A stretch of 63,194 bases of DNA, the filler included, from Candidatus Woesearchaeota archaeon (GTDB lineage: Archaea > Nanobdellota > Nanobdellia > Woesearchaeales > J072): the NCBI GenBank assembly GCA_003695265.1. It is 9 parts of 9 records of this genome, joined end to end, with 100 filler letters (N's around TTAATTAATTAA, not from the genome) between each part and the next. Parts side by side here need not be neighbours in the genome. Positions count along the whole stretch, not along the records: positions 1 to 12,464 come from RFII01000094.1; positions 12,565 to 15,993 come from RFII01000097.1; positions 16,094 to 18,743 come from RFII01000098.1; positions 18,844 to 22,983 come from RFII01000099.1; 5 more parts are not named here. One strand, written 5' to 3'. The number at the start of each line of letters is the position of its first letter. Within the stretch, counting starts at the first letter, position 1. Below are positions 9,968 through 20,224 of the stretch, piece after piece. The notes under the pieces are model-generated. The model was not told the origin of the DNA. It searched no databases and saw only the letters and a list, made by a program, of their open reading frames with translations. The position numbers and the translations under genes are program-made.

Positions 9968-11217
9968 AAGCAGTCTACTTGCTTGCTTTTGTATTGTTAG
10001 CGCAGCCTGTTCTTGGCCTGCAAACAGAGATTGAGCCTAGCGTTATGACTTACGTTTATTTTGACATGCCCGAAAGCCAGTTTATTGATACTTATGTATG
10101 TGATTATAATGGCTCGCAATGCATTGCTTACCTAAAGTTTGACTTACAGGATTTTATGGTTAAGAAAGCAGAGTTAATGCTTGAGATTGAAAATATTAAG
10201 GGCTCACCAACAACAAGCGTTACTGTTAGCAGCCTTAAACAACCAATAAATGATGTGACTTGGCATGAGGTAACAAAAAACATAGATAATTACAAAAAAA
10301 TTAGAGCGAACATAACAGAAGGAACAAACATAATACAAGTAACAGGAATTGACTTGAAAAACGGGCTGGCAATAATCACAGAAGAGCAAAACCAAGTGAA
10401 AAGAATTAAGAAATCATCACTCAAAATAATATATGAGCCAGTAAGGCAGGAGTGCGAATTAATAAGCGCTGAGTGGGCTAAAGCATTTGCTGTTGAGGGA
10501 CAAACAGTAAAGATGATAATAAACAGCAAAGGATGCCTGGGCAAGCAAGCAACAATAAGGGTTTATGAGAACGGCCTTTTCTTTGACCAGCAGGTTTACG
10601 AAACAACAGAAATAATTTCCAATAACAAGTTTGAAGCTGACTGGATAATTATGTTCTTGGAAAAGCTGCTTGACAAGACAGACTATTACTTCACAGCAAC
10701 AATCGGCAGACAAAGCAAAAGTTCTGGAACGCTCAGCGTGAAGCCACTTTCAGAGGAAATTATCGAAAGCAAAACACCTTATGAGAAAATATTAGAAATA
10801 AAAAATATGGCAAAAGAGAACGAGTTCTTGGCAACTAAGCTGTGCAACGAATTTGAGTCTGAGCACACAAGAGACACATGCTTCAAAAGGCTTGGAGAAG
10901 AAACAGCCAAGCTAAGATTCTGCAGGAGGATAAAGTCTGACGCAAAAAGGGACGCCTGCCTTTTAAACATATTTTTATTGGATAATAAGTTCTCCTGCGA
11001 TGAGATTTCTGACAAGCAATTAGCAACAAACTGCTATTTTATTTACTTATTGCAGAGATCAGGGAAAAACGCCAGCAATCTCCTTGATTTTGACCTCGAG
11101 CAGGAATTACAGAAAAAAAAGGTGAAGTTTTCTTTAAGAGCATTTATTCCTTTGGCGGCACTGATAATCATTTTGTTAATCATTTATTACGTGAAGCGCG
11201 GCCGCAGAACAGAATAA
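9964..11217 (+). CDS. Secreted, C-terminally anchored Cys-repeat protein
   Basis: Signal peptide MKAVYLLAFVLLAQP, CxxIxxxxxRDxC repeats, C-terminal TM; ATGA overlap with upstream gene. Confidence 0.8.
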   Translation: MKAVYLLAFVLLAQPVLGLQTEIEPSVMTYVYFDMPESQFIDTYVCDYNGSQCIAYLKFDLQDFMVKKAELMLEIENIKGSPTTSVTVSSLKQPINDVTWHEVTKNIDNYKKIRANITEGTNIIQVTGIDLKNGLAIITEEQNQVKRIKKSSLKIIYEPVRQECELISAEWAKAFAVEGQTVKMIINSKGCLGKQATIRVYENGLFFDQQVYETTEIISNNKFEADWIIMFLEKLLDKTDYYFTATIGRQSKSSGTLSVKPLSEEIIESKTPYEKILEIKNMAKENEFLATKLCNEFESEHTRDTCFKRLGEETAKLRFCRRIKSDAKRDACLLNIFLLDNKFSCDEISDKQLATNCYFIYLLQRSGKNASNLLDFDLEQELQKKKVKFSLRAFIPLAALIIILLIIYYVKRGRRTE

Positions 11218-12464
11218 AAAGTCTTAGAATAGTTTTCAAGCTTTCCAAGCTCTTCCATCTCATCGAGGCACGGCGGCGTAACAAACCTTACAATATTAAA
11301 CTCGACCTGTTTGTCACTAGCTAATTCAGCGCGGCTGACCCTCCAATATCCTCCTGTGTTGTTGTTGATGTAAACGCCGCCCATCATCGCAGGAATCATT
11401 TCTATGTCATCTTCTGGGATGTACTCATCAACTAGAATACAGCCCCACCCCTTACATATGTGCTTGCATTTCTTTGGTATTACAAAGCCGTTGTTGTCAG
11501 TATAAATTATTGTAACATCATACTTGCCAGGCACAAGCCTAATTCCTATTGGCTTGTTATAATTACTTGAGTCTATCCTGAAGCTTTGGGAAAAAGAAGG
11601 AACGTAAGGAGTTTCCTTCACCCTTTTGATATTAATCATAAGGCTGTCATTGACTGACAAATTATCAGGTGTTTCTGGAAACATAATTATAGGGCCAAAA
11701 CCATTAGGATACGCCCAATACATTGAGTACTTATTCACAGTAAAGTTCTTTGTTATGAAAGGCTCAAGGTAAACGTCGCCTATATCTAAAGGCTGGCCTG
11801 GAAGCGTTGAAACACCCATCACTTTCTTTTTCATATAACCTTCTTTCTCAAAAACCAAATGCCCACCAATGCACATTGGGAAAGTTGAGGAAAATGTATG
11901 ATTTTCAGTTGTTCCAATAAAGCAAGTGTCATAATCGCCACAAGCAAAATAAACAGAAACGCCTTCTAGCATGGAATCATCGCTTGCGTCCTTAACGTTG
12001 AACGTGACGTTTCCGCTCACTGCCTGGTCAAAATCGCAGAACATGCTCTTTGTAATGTTCCTTATTGGAACAACTTGGGTGTTGTTTGGGTTGTTCTGAT
12101 CAGGCACTTCCATCTCGCCGGGAAGGTTGTAAGTGACATGATTGTAATCCCATGGCCCAAGAGTGCCGTTGCCATAAAGCCATGAAGTCAAGTCAATATT
12201 GTCGCGTATATTAGCCTCTAAAGCAATGAAAAAAGAGTATCCCTTAGAAGTGTAAGGAGAGTCACTAAAGGCAGAGTCATCCCTTATTTCAACAATTACT
12301 GGTATTGAGAGATCGTAAAAGAACTCGTAATAATTTGTTTGCGAAGGAGGAAGAATGCCCATAGGGTAACTTGTGACTTGGGTTTCAGGCTCCAGAAGCT
12401 CGTCATTCCTCGGGCTTATCTCAAAGTAAAACGGCCAGCCAAGATAAATGAACCTTACTGAAAG
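11187..12464 (-). CDS. Hypothetical extracellular protein (5'-partial at contig edge)
   Basis: Open frame running into the gap; beta-sandwich-like segments. Confidence 0.75.
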   Translation of the reverse strand, partial: LSVRFIYLGWPFYFEISPRNDELLEPETQVTSYPMGILPPSQTNYYEFFYDLSIPVIVEIRDDSAFSDSPYTSKGYSFFIALEANIRDNIDLTSWLYGNGTLGPWDYNHVTYNLPGEMEVPDQNNPNNTQVVPIRNITKSMFCDFDQAVSGNVTFNVKDASDDSMLEGVSVYFACGDYDTCFIGTTENHTFSSTFPMCIGGHLVFEKEGYMKKKVMGVSTLPGQPLDIGDVYLEPFITKNFTVNKYSMYWAYPNGFGPIIMFPETPDNLSVNDSLMINIKRVKETPYVPSFSQSFRIDSSNYNKPIGIRLVPGKYDVTIIYTDNNGFVIPKKCKHICKGWGCILVDEYIPEDDIEMIPAMMGGVYINNNTGGYWRVSRAELASDKQVEFNIVRFVTPPCLDEMEELGKLENYSKTFYSVLRPRFT

Positions 12465-12631
12465 NNNNNNNNNNNNNNNNNNNNNNNNNNNNNNNNNNNN
12501 NNNNNNNNTTAATTAATTAANNNNNNNNNNNNNNNNNNNNNNNNNNNNNNNNNNNNNNNNNNNNAATAATTTTAAAATAATTTTTTTATTATTTTTATAA
12601 AAAACTTTATAAAAACTGTTTTTTATGATTT

Positions 12632-13153
12632 TTAGGGCAAGCGCTTCAACTGCTTTAGCAAGTAATTATCTTCTCCGGAAATAGTCTCGTCCTCTTTCTG
12701 CTCCACCTCGACAGGCTTTTTCTTCTCTTCTCTCATGCCAATAGTACTCGTTTGGTCTTTCAGCATCATCTCAACCGTGGACATTTCCTCCTCGTTCAGC
12801 TGCTTCGGAGCCCACTTAAAGCTTAGGTTGTCGTTCTGCATTCTTGGAATTATATGAACAAGGAAATGCGGCACGTCTTGACCTGCAGCCACTCCGTTCT
12901 GGATTATTATGTTAGTGCCTTGAGCGTGCAGCGCCTCAAAAACAGCTATTGAAATCTTGTTAACCACTTTGAACAAGTGCTCAAACAAAGGGTCAGGAAC
13001 CATCTCAATAATTGAGAAATGCTCCTTAGGCATAACTAATATGTGGCCTAAAGAGGCTGGCTTAGCAGTCAGGCAGGCAAAAACCTTGTCATCTTCATAG
13101 ACGACCTTTGCTGCTTTCTGCTCAATTTTTTTGCATATCTCGCAGTTGCTCAT
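12632..13153 (-). CDS. HIT family protein (degenerate triad)
   Basis: CEIC, GHILVMPKEH, NGVAAGQDVPHFLVHIIPR. Confidence 0.9.
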   Translation of the reverse strand: MSNCEICKKIEQKAAKVVYEDDKVFACLTAKPASLGHILVMPKEHFSIIEMVPDPLFEHLFKVVNKISIAVFEALHAQGTNIIIQNGVAAGQDVPHFLVHIIPRMQNDNLSFKWAPKQLNEEEMSTVEMMLKDQTSTIGMREEKKKPVEVEQKEDETISGEDNYLLKQLKRLP

Positions 13154-13154
13154 T

Positions 13155-14096
13155 TTAACCAAACATTTGTGAAAGTGTGTCTAAATCAATAAGCTTGTTA
13201 TTATTGTCCTCTTTCTTTCCATTCTTTCTTTTCTCGTCTAGATCAGCAAATTCTTCGTAATTCTTATTCACGCATTTGCAGGGCTGCTTGAAATGCTCCT
13301 CTGCCTCTTCCGCTGATGAGAAAACCAGCCTGTTCTCGTCAGAAATGTTCTGCGCGAACGGGCAGTTAACAGTATGGTACTTGTCTGATTTCTTGCTAGA
13401 AACGTACTCTTTCTCAGCTTTCTCTCCAGTTTCTTCCTCTTTAATCTCCTCAATCTCTTCTTCTGAAGCTTCTTCTTTCTGCTCTTCTTGTGTTAACCCT
13501 TGCTTTTCTTTTTTCAATTCCTCCACGGACTCCTTTATTATGCTCTGGACGTCAATGCTTTCCTTTACAGGCTTTTCCTCGAATTCTGCCTCGACAACGC
13601 CCTGCTTAATGCCAAAAACAGAATTCACTCTCGGAAGAAGCATCTTATGCAGTTTGTCCAGCTCTTCAGGTGCTATGAACTGCTTGGGAATCTTAAAGCA
13701 TGACACATCGTCGCCCTCTTTTCTTGGAATTATGTGAATCATGAAATGCGGCGCCTGCTGTCCTGCGGCAACGCCGTTAGCCACGAAAATGTTTGTTCCT
13801 TTTGCCTGCAAGCCCCGGAGCATGGCCTGAGAAATGTGCTTTGCAATCCTGAACATGTGCGCTATCAGGTCTTCTGGCATCTGCGGCATTATAGCATAAT
13901 GCTCCTTTGGTATCAGAAGAGTATGCCCAGGATTAGCAGGGTTAATGTCAAGAATTCCGAGAACCTTGTCATCTTCAAACACCTTTTTGGACTGAACCCT
14001 TCCATGTGCTATGTGGCAGAAAATACAGTTCTTTTTCTGGAGCTCTGCAATCTGCTCAGGGCTCATGTTTTTCAGGTCTTCCTGGCTGACTTCCAT
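13155..14096 (-). CDS. HIT family protein with acidic linker and C-terminal Ada-like metal-binding module
   Basis: CIFC, GHTLLIPKEH, GQQAPHFMIHIIPR; YVSSKKSDKYHTVNC...PCKC. Confidence 0.9.
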   Translation of the reverse strand: MEVSQEDLKNMSPEQIAELQKKNCIFCHIAHGRVQSKKVFEDDKVLGILDINPANPGHTLLIPKEHYAIMPQMPEDLIAHMFRIAKHISQAMLRGLQAKGTNIFVANGVAAGQQAPHFMIHIIPRKEGDDVSCFKIPKQFIAPEELDKLHKMLLPRVNSVFGIKQGVVEAEFEEKPVKESIDVQSIIKESVEELKKEKQGLTQEEQKEEASEEEIEEIKEEETGEKAEKEYVSSKKSDKYHTVNCPFAQNISDENRLVFSSAEEAEEHFKQPCKCVNKNYEEFADLDEKRKNGKKEDNNNKLIDLDTLSQMFG

Positions 14097-14187
14097 TATT
14101 ATTAACTTTGGTTGATAGCTATATAAATCTTTTCCAGAAAAATACCAAAAGATATAAATATGAGTTCCTTTACTTGTATAGATAAAT

Positions 14188-14358
14188 ATGGCAAGAATGG
14201 GTGCTTCTAAAACAAAAGTGTCAATGACAATAGATAAAGACGTCTATGACCAATTCCGCAATTACTGCAAGCAGAACGGTATGAAAGTCAGCTCTAAAGT
14301 TGAATTGCTCATGAAAGAAACTGTTAAGAACCCGACTCTCAAAAAATACCTGGAATAA
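14188..14358 (+). CDS. Small ribbon-helix-helix (CopG-like) DNA-binding protein
   Basis: Manually translated 56 aa: KTKVSMTIDKDVYDQFRNYCKQNGMKVSSKVELLM. Confidence 0.7.
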   Translation: MARMGASKTKVSMTIDKDVYDQFRNYCKQNGMKVSSKVELLMKETVKNPTLKKYLE

Positions 14359-14601
14359 ATCAAGCTCATAATATCATAAATTATTATTAATCACAGAAGT
14401 GCGTCGCAATCATGTACTTATTTAGGGGTGTATTCAAAGAAAGAGGTAGGCTTGTTTTCTCTAGGTATAATATTCTCTGCAATAACATTCACTTTTCGCG
14501 GCGCGCTTCTGCCTTATTCTCAAGAGTAAGGCAGGGGCGTTTATGCTTACTAATATATCATACATTTATAAAAAGAGGGGATAAATATCCTATTTGCTGA
14601 A

Positions 14602-15993
14602 TTGAATATCAAGATAATACTGAAAACGCTCGTGGTTTTTTCTTTATTAATTGTTTATGCTAATTCTGTTACTGCGAATAGTTTTGCCTATTATACTTAT
14701 GGTGGTCTTGATCCTGGGCCTTGTAATTTTGATAATTGCACTAGTCAAGCATCAGGACCAGGTGGAGAAGTTAATAACAATTCTTTTAATGATAATTGTG
14801 GAAGTTTTTTTGATTGTGTATGGAATGCAACCTGTTACAAATCTGGATCATCAATTATAATGGAAGGGGAAGATATAGATAATATATCTACAGGAGATAT
14901 TCACATAGCTGTTTGCCAGACTGGAGTACCAGGAGTTTGGAGAGATATGGATTCAATACCAAATGATTTGTCACGATGGTGCACTCCTTTTAGCTTGTCA
15001 GACTCTACTTCAACAACATTCAAGCTTCCTTGTTATTATTGCAATGTTACCTCAGGTGAAGAGCCTGGATTCGGACCAGGCGAATATGACATAAATGAGC
15101 CCTGGATTCTTGCTGAGACCGGCTTGAACAAATCACAAGCTCCGCAGTGCTGCGGCGATGACTCAGGAGAGTTTGAGCGAAACAACTCCTGCTTACCTGG
15201 TGCATGCAACCCAGGTTATACACAAAGCAATATTTTTGTGTGCTGCGACAAGGCAACTGACTGCGTTTCAAACGCCTCAAGCGCATTCCCAAAATGCTAT
15301 GACGAGTTCACAGTAATGGACGCTGACGGCTTTGGAGGCAATGAGAGGTGTGTTAACGGCAGATGGGCTGACAACACTGTGCCGACATGCAATATTGAAT
15401 GGATAAACGTTGATTCTGGCAGCGGCTATGTTTCTGGCACGAACAAGATGTGGTACAATCCGTCTGCTATTGGTTCTTTTACTGTGAACGCAAGCTATTC
15501 TGATTCCGGGCCGCTAGTTTCGCCGCTTAACACAACAACGTTTCCTTACACGACGAGCGCTGGCACAACTTTTTATTTTGGTGCAGGCGAAGAAGGCTCT
15601 GCTAATAGGAGCTGGCAATATAACTGGAACACTGGAAGCACAGAATCAAGCAACTTCTCAGTATTAGTTAATGATTCGCACAACAATATAGGTAATTGCA
15701 CTTTTGAAGTCATTTTAGACAATCAGGGCGCTTCTGGCGGAAGCGTTTCTTACACAAACGGCTATGTTACCAGCTCTACTCTAACAATAACTTTGAATAA
15801 CGGGGTAGACAATCCTGGCGGCTCAGGCCTTGCTTATGTCCAGCTTCAGAGGAAGCAGGCAGTGCTTAGCGGTGGGAGTTGCGGCGCTTATGGTGCTTGG
15901 AGCGATGTGGGGTCGCAGACTCTTGGCCAAACCTCATATGATGATGCTGTCAGCACAGCCACTTGCTATAAGTACCAATACCAAGTAACAGAC
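14602..15993 (+). CDS. Secreted Cys-rich surface glycoprotein (3'-partial)
   Basis: Signal peptide, CCGDD motif, many N-x-S/T sequons, Ig-like segments; runs into gap. Confidence 0.8.
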
Positions 15994-16093
15994 NNNNNNN
16001 NNNNNNNNNNNNNNNNNNNNNNNNNNNNNNNNNNNNNTTAATTAATTAANNNNNNNNNNNNNNNNNNNNNNNNNNNNNNNNNNNNNNNNNNNN

Positions 16094-16514
16094 GATAATT
16101 ATAGATTAAATCAGCTTTTTCTCTTCTGTTTATCAACTCATAAAATTTTTTCGCATAATAAAGAGGAAGAATTGGGATTCTTAGGCCTTCCCATAAAATT
16201 TCTTCTGTTTTGTCAAACATGTTTAGTTTCCTGTCACCATAAGAATTTATTTCAACTTCAAAGCCGTTGATCTTGCAAACCAGTGAAAAACCATTTATTT
16301 TTTTGCTGAAAAAATCCTTAACAATAAATTTCTTCAAGGCATTTCTAAAAACATTAATTCCCTCATCATCAGTGGTTATGTCAAGGTCACGAACAGAAAC
16401 ACCAACACCTTGAATCCTAAGGTTTGCGCTTCCCTCAAGCCTCCAAACACATTTTTTGGATTGAAGGCTGTTTAAAATGATCTGCAAAATTTCTTTTATG
16501 TCCTTTTCATCCAT
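16094..16514 (-). CDS. Nucleotidyltransferase-like protein (3'-partial)
   Basis: EGSANL...RDLDI matches the Pol-beta superfamily GS..DxD pattern. Confidence 0.7.
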
Positions 16515-16548
16515 AACATCAAAAAGAAATATTTTTTCTTATTAAAAC

Positions 16549-17961
16549 TTATTTCCCACTTTTCAATGCATTCAGGATTTCTGACATGACATAGCCAAGA
16601 TGAGCCCTGTTTGTGAAGTCAATCTTGTCAACGTTAAGCCTTAATACAGGCCCTTTGTGATAGCCGAAGCTTCTGACTCTTTCAGCATAAGTTTCGTATT
16701 CGCCATGCAAGAAATGAATCTCTTCGAGAGTCCATCCGCCTTCAACCTCCATTGCAATGTTTCTTTCTTGGATGCGTTTCCAAGCCAGCTGCGGGCTTCC
16801 CTCAAGAACTATTAATAGGTCTGCCTGCGGCAATTCACCCATTATCTTCCTGAATTCAGCATGAAGAATGTCATACTCGCTCTCTGTCAGAATGCCCTGC
16901 ACTTTGAACATGTTGCAGAAAGTCAGCAAGTCCTCTGGCATTGACCTGTCCTTTACGTAAGAGCCGTCGCCGCTCTTTCCCTTTCTTCTCTGCTCTGCCC
17001 GCATTTGGAATAGGTAGCGCTGAAGGTCAAAACAGTATTTTGGCTTGTTCCCTAAAAATTGTTCTAACAATGGGTTTTCTTCTGGGGCTTCGTACAGCCC
17101 GTTAATTCCTAGTGCGTTTGCCAGCATCTTTGCAAGAGTTGTTTTGCCCAACCCAATATTGCCTGCAATGGTTATCAGGCTTGGGTTGGAATGGAGGTAT
17201 GCCTCTAATTCGTGCTCAACCTCAATCGAGCGAAGAACTGCTTCTGTGCTAGGTATAGTAACCCATTCGCCGATGCCAGGAGTCAAAGATGTGAGGCCTG
17301 GAATAGATTTTACTTTATCGGCTATTTGCCTTGCTGTTTCCTCGAAAAAGTCTGTTTCATTCATGTCCTGGTTTGCATTTATTACTAAAACAGGGCTTGC
17401 GTCATAAGATACAATCCATTCCTCATAAAGCTCGTTTAAAGTAGCAATGTATTCTCTAGGTATTGCCTGCTCAGCGCCCCTCCCGCGGTTTGCAATCCTT
17501 TCCATCAGCGTGTCAACATCAGCTTTTAGATATACAAGAAGGTCTGGTGGAGGAATGCGAGCGCTCATCAACCGGAATGTTTTCTCATAAATCGCGAACT
17601 GCTCAGGAGTCATGTTTCCTTGAATGCGCTGAGCCTTACCAAAAATATGATAATCCTCCCTAAGTGTTCTGTCCTCTAAAACAATTCCTTTGTGGCGAGC
17701 AATCTCATCCTGCCTGCGCAGCCTTTCATTGAGGAACTCAACCTGGAACTCAAAAGCATATCTTTCTGGGTTTTCATAAAAATTTTGGAGGCTTGCAGGC
17801 TTAAACTCCTCAAGCAATGCCAGAACTTTCCTTTCTATGCGAGGATTAACATCAAGAAGCTCAAGAAGAATCTCATCAAGAGGAGTAGAAGAGGCAGCCT
17901 TTACAAACGTAGATTTGCCTACGCCAATATTGCCTGCTATTCCTATGTGCAGCTCAGCTAT
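16549..17961 (-). CDS. Tandem (two-domain) deoxynucleoside kinase; start uncertain
   Basis: Two P-loops (GNIGVGKS upstream of the track start; GNIGLGKT), DRT/DRS motifs, two lid segments (RIANRGR, RIQERNI). Confidence 0.88.
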   Translation of the reverse strand: MAELHIGIAGNIGVGKSTFVKAASSTPLDEILLELLDVNPRIERKVLALLEEFKPASLQNFYENPERYAFEFQVEFLNERLRRQDEIARHKGIVLEDRTLREDYHIFGKAQRIQGNMTPEQFAIYEKTFRLMSARIPPPDLLVYLKADVDTLMERIANRGRGAEQAIPREYIATLNELYEEWIVSYDASPVLVINANQDMNETDFFEETARQIADKVKSIPGLTSLTPGIGEWVTIPSTEAVLRSIEVEHELEAYLHSNPSLITIAGNIGLGKTTLAKMLANALGINGLYEAPEENPLLEQFLGNKPKYCFDLQRYLFQMRAEQRRKGKSGDGSYVKDRSMPEDLLTFCNMFKVQGILTESEYDILHAEFRKIMGELPQADLLIVLEGSPQLAWKRIQERNIAMEVEGGWTLEEIHFLHGEYETYAERVRSFGYHKGPVLRLNVDKIDFTNRAHLGYVMSEILNALKSGK

Positions 17962-18062
17962 TCCATCACACCCCCCAAAAACATTTGTGTGATATCTTTA
18001 ATAAATGGATTTCTGTGATAGAAAATATTTATTATAAGATAGGATTAACATATTTTAAAAAT

Positions 18063-18674
18063 TCAAACTATCCCCCTCATCTTCAGCTCAAGAACCAAAT
18101 CCTCTATTCTCTTCAAGTCCCACCTGACCGCATCGTATTTTTTGCGCAAATCAGAGTTTCTGAAGTCAAATTTGGAAAGCTGAAAGTACAACGAGTCCAC
18201 AAAATCCTTTATTCTCACCACTTCAGAATATTTTCCTTTTATAGCAAGATTTACTGCTTTTCTCACCATTTCACCGGAAAGGTCGCAGACACCAAGCAGA
18301 TAATGCTCCGGATCAACATTAAGCTCTTTTGAGGTTGGAAGCCTGCCGTTTTTCTCAAGATGGTAATAGCACACCGCCTCCACGTACTCTTGAACTGCAA
18401 CCCTGTAAAAGCCTTCGGAAAAAAGCTTGTGGTTTCCTATCTTATTGACTTTTGCAAGGGTTTCTTTCATCTTGTCAACAAGGGCTTTGGCAGCTTGGCC
18501 GCGGTTAACCGCGTTTATTATCTGCTTTGAAAGCTTCAAAACATTACGGGTCTGCTTTATCATAACTTCCCTGTCAGAATCATACTTTTCAACATACTTG
18601 CACAGATCTGCAAAATCTTTTTTATTAATAACATGTGATTTCATTATGGCACCCTTGCCTTTAGCAAACTTCAA
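18063..18674 (-). CDS. Translin/Trax family protein
   Basis: DSDREVMIK, QEYVEA, YLLGVCDLSGEMVR, LRKKYD. Confidence 0.9.
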   Translation of the reverse strand: MKFAKGKGAIMKSHVINKKDFADLCKYVEKYDSDREVMIKQTRNVLKLSKQIINAVNRGQAAKALVDKMKETLAKVNKIGNHKLFSEGFYRVAVQEYVEAVCYYHLEKNGRLPTSKELNVDPEHYLLGVCDLSGEMVRKAVNLAIKGKYSEVVRIKDFVDSLYFQLSKFDFRNSDLRKKYDAVRWDLKRIEDLVLELKMRGIV

Positions 18675-18878
18675 TGACTATATAAACTTTTTTATAAAAA
18701 TATTTTACTGCTTTATAGACTATAAAAAAACAAAACATTTATANNNNNNNNNNNNNNNNNNNNNNNNNNNNNNNNNNNNNNNNNNNNTTAATTAATTAAN
18801 NNNNNNNNNNNNNNNNNNNNNNNNNNNNNNNNNNNNNNNNNNNATTATATAAACTGATTATATTATATATAAATGCTC

Positions 18879-19223
18879 ATGGCATTCAAACAAGTTATTC
18901 TGGTCAGGCAAGACCTCAAAATGCCTAAAGGCAAATTGGCTGCTCAAGTAGCTCACGCGTCAGTCGAGGCTGTTGAAAAATCTTGTGAGGACAATATTAA
19001 AAAATGGAAAAGAGGCGGAGCAAAAAAAGTCGTTCTTAAAGTTGCTGACCTAAAAGAATTAAAGAAGTACCAGAACCTTGCAAAGAAGGCAAAGCTTGCA
19101 AATGCTTTAATTAGGGATGCCGGCAGGACTTTCCTTATTCCAGGAACAGTAACATGCTTGGCTATTGGCCCGGACGAAGAGGAAAAGATTGATTCTGTGA
19201 CAGGCCAGCTTTCCATGTTGTAA
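18879..19223 (+). CDS. pth2: Peptidyl-tRNA hydrolase 2
   Basis: KQVILVRQDLKMPKGKLAAQVAHA, DAGRT, TCLAIGP. Confidence 0.96.
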   Translation: MAFKQVILVRQDLKMPKGKLAAQVAHASVEAVEKSCEDNIKKWKRGGAKKVVLKVADLKELKKYQNLAKKAKLANALIRDAGRTFLIPGTVTCLAIGPDEEEKIDSVTGQLSML

Positions 19224-19268
19224 TTATTTAAAGAAATCAAGTAAGGAATGTTCTTTCTAAAAAAAAAA

Positions 19269-19422
19269 GGCTCTGATGAAAGTCTCAGTTTTTCGTGACC
19301 GTCGCTGTCTTTGCAAGCATTGTTTGTAAAACAAAGAATGCTTTGACACGACGGAGCCTCGCAGTCTTGCGAGGCGTAGTAGGTCACGAAAAACAAATTA
19401 AAGAGACTTTTTCATCAGAGCC
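19269..19422. mobile_element. 154-bp MITE-like or highly structured element with long terminal inverted repeats
   Basis: GGCTCTGATGAAAGTCTC...GAGACTTTTTCATCAGAGCC plus nested inner IR GTTTTTCGTGACC/GGTCACGAAAAAC. Confidence 0.6.
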
Positions 19423-19489
19423 TAAAAAAAAGATTTAAATATAAGATAATCCAGAAAACTAAGGATACTAACTAAAAAGGTGGTTTTTC

Positions 19490-20023
19490 ATGGACATACA
19501 CATTCATGTAGAGAAAAAACATCTCTTTGTTCTTGGAATAATATTTCTTATTTCTGGAGCAATAGTTGTTTTGGCTAGTCTTGACACTAGTCAGCCGTGG
19601 CATTCATTGCAGCAAATCGCGAAAAGCAGTTCAGACACGGTTTCCGTAGATAATGATGGAAACGGAAAAATTGATAATGCTGACAACTCTGATAAACTTA
19701 ACAGCCATAATACTTCATATTTTCAGAAAGACATCGGAAATGATTGTGCGGCAAACAAATATGTTTACGGCGTTTATGATAATGGAACGCTGAAGTGTAG
19801 AAATGATACAGTTGGTGGTAGTTCTTTAGAAGCTTATTGGACTGATTATAGTAATTGTGACTGTGTTGCAAGTGCGCCCCCCTGCCAAGCAGGTGAAGTA
19901 AGGATAGATGTTGCGCAAATGGATTGCCTTGGTCAGGGTTATGCTTGCTGTGGAAATTATGACCATTATTCTGGTGAAAATAATTTTTGCAAAAAGAAGA
20001 GTAAATGTTTAAAGATAGTCTGA
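19490..20023 (+). CDS. Membrane-anchored Cys-rich hypothetical protein
   Basis: GGTGG RBS, N-terminal TM, Cys-rich C-terminus. Confidence 0.75.
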   Translation: MDIHIHVEKKHLFVLGIIFLISGAIVVLASLDTSQPWHSLQQIAKSSSDTVSVDNDGNGKIDNADNSDKLNSHNTSYFQKDIGNDCAANKYVYGVYDNGTLKCRNDTVGGSSLEAYWTDYSNCDCVASAPPCQAGEVRIDVAQMDCLGQGYACCGNYDHYSGENNFCKKKSKCLKIV

Positions 20024-20224
20024 ATTATTAACACTTTTAAATCATACTAAGTTTATGAATTAATATTGTTTTTCATAACTTATTCATATTTGTTTTTTCA
20101 TAAATAGGGTGTGCTTGTAGGATTACGAGAATTATTTACGGAAAAGATTAATAGGTAAGTTAATCCAATTTTATATTTTTTATTCAAAAGTTTTAAATAG
20201 CCTTTTGTTCTTAACAAATTCTTG

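Noticed and set aside
19272..19392. CTGATGA...CGAAA resembling a hammerhead ribozyme core
   Set aside because: Stem II does not start right after CUGAUGA, and the motif is buried in the terminal inverted repeat.
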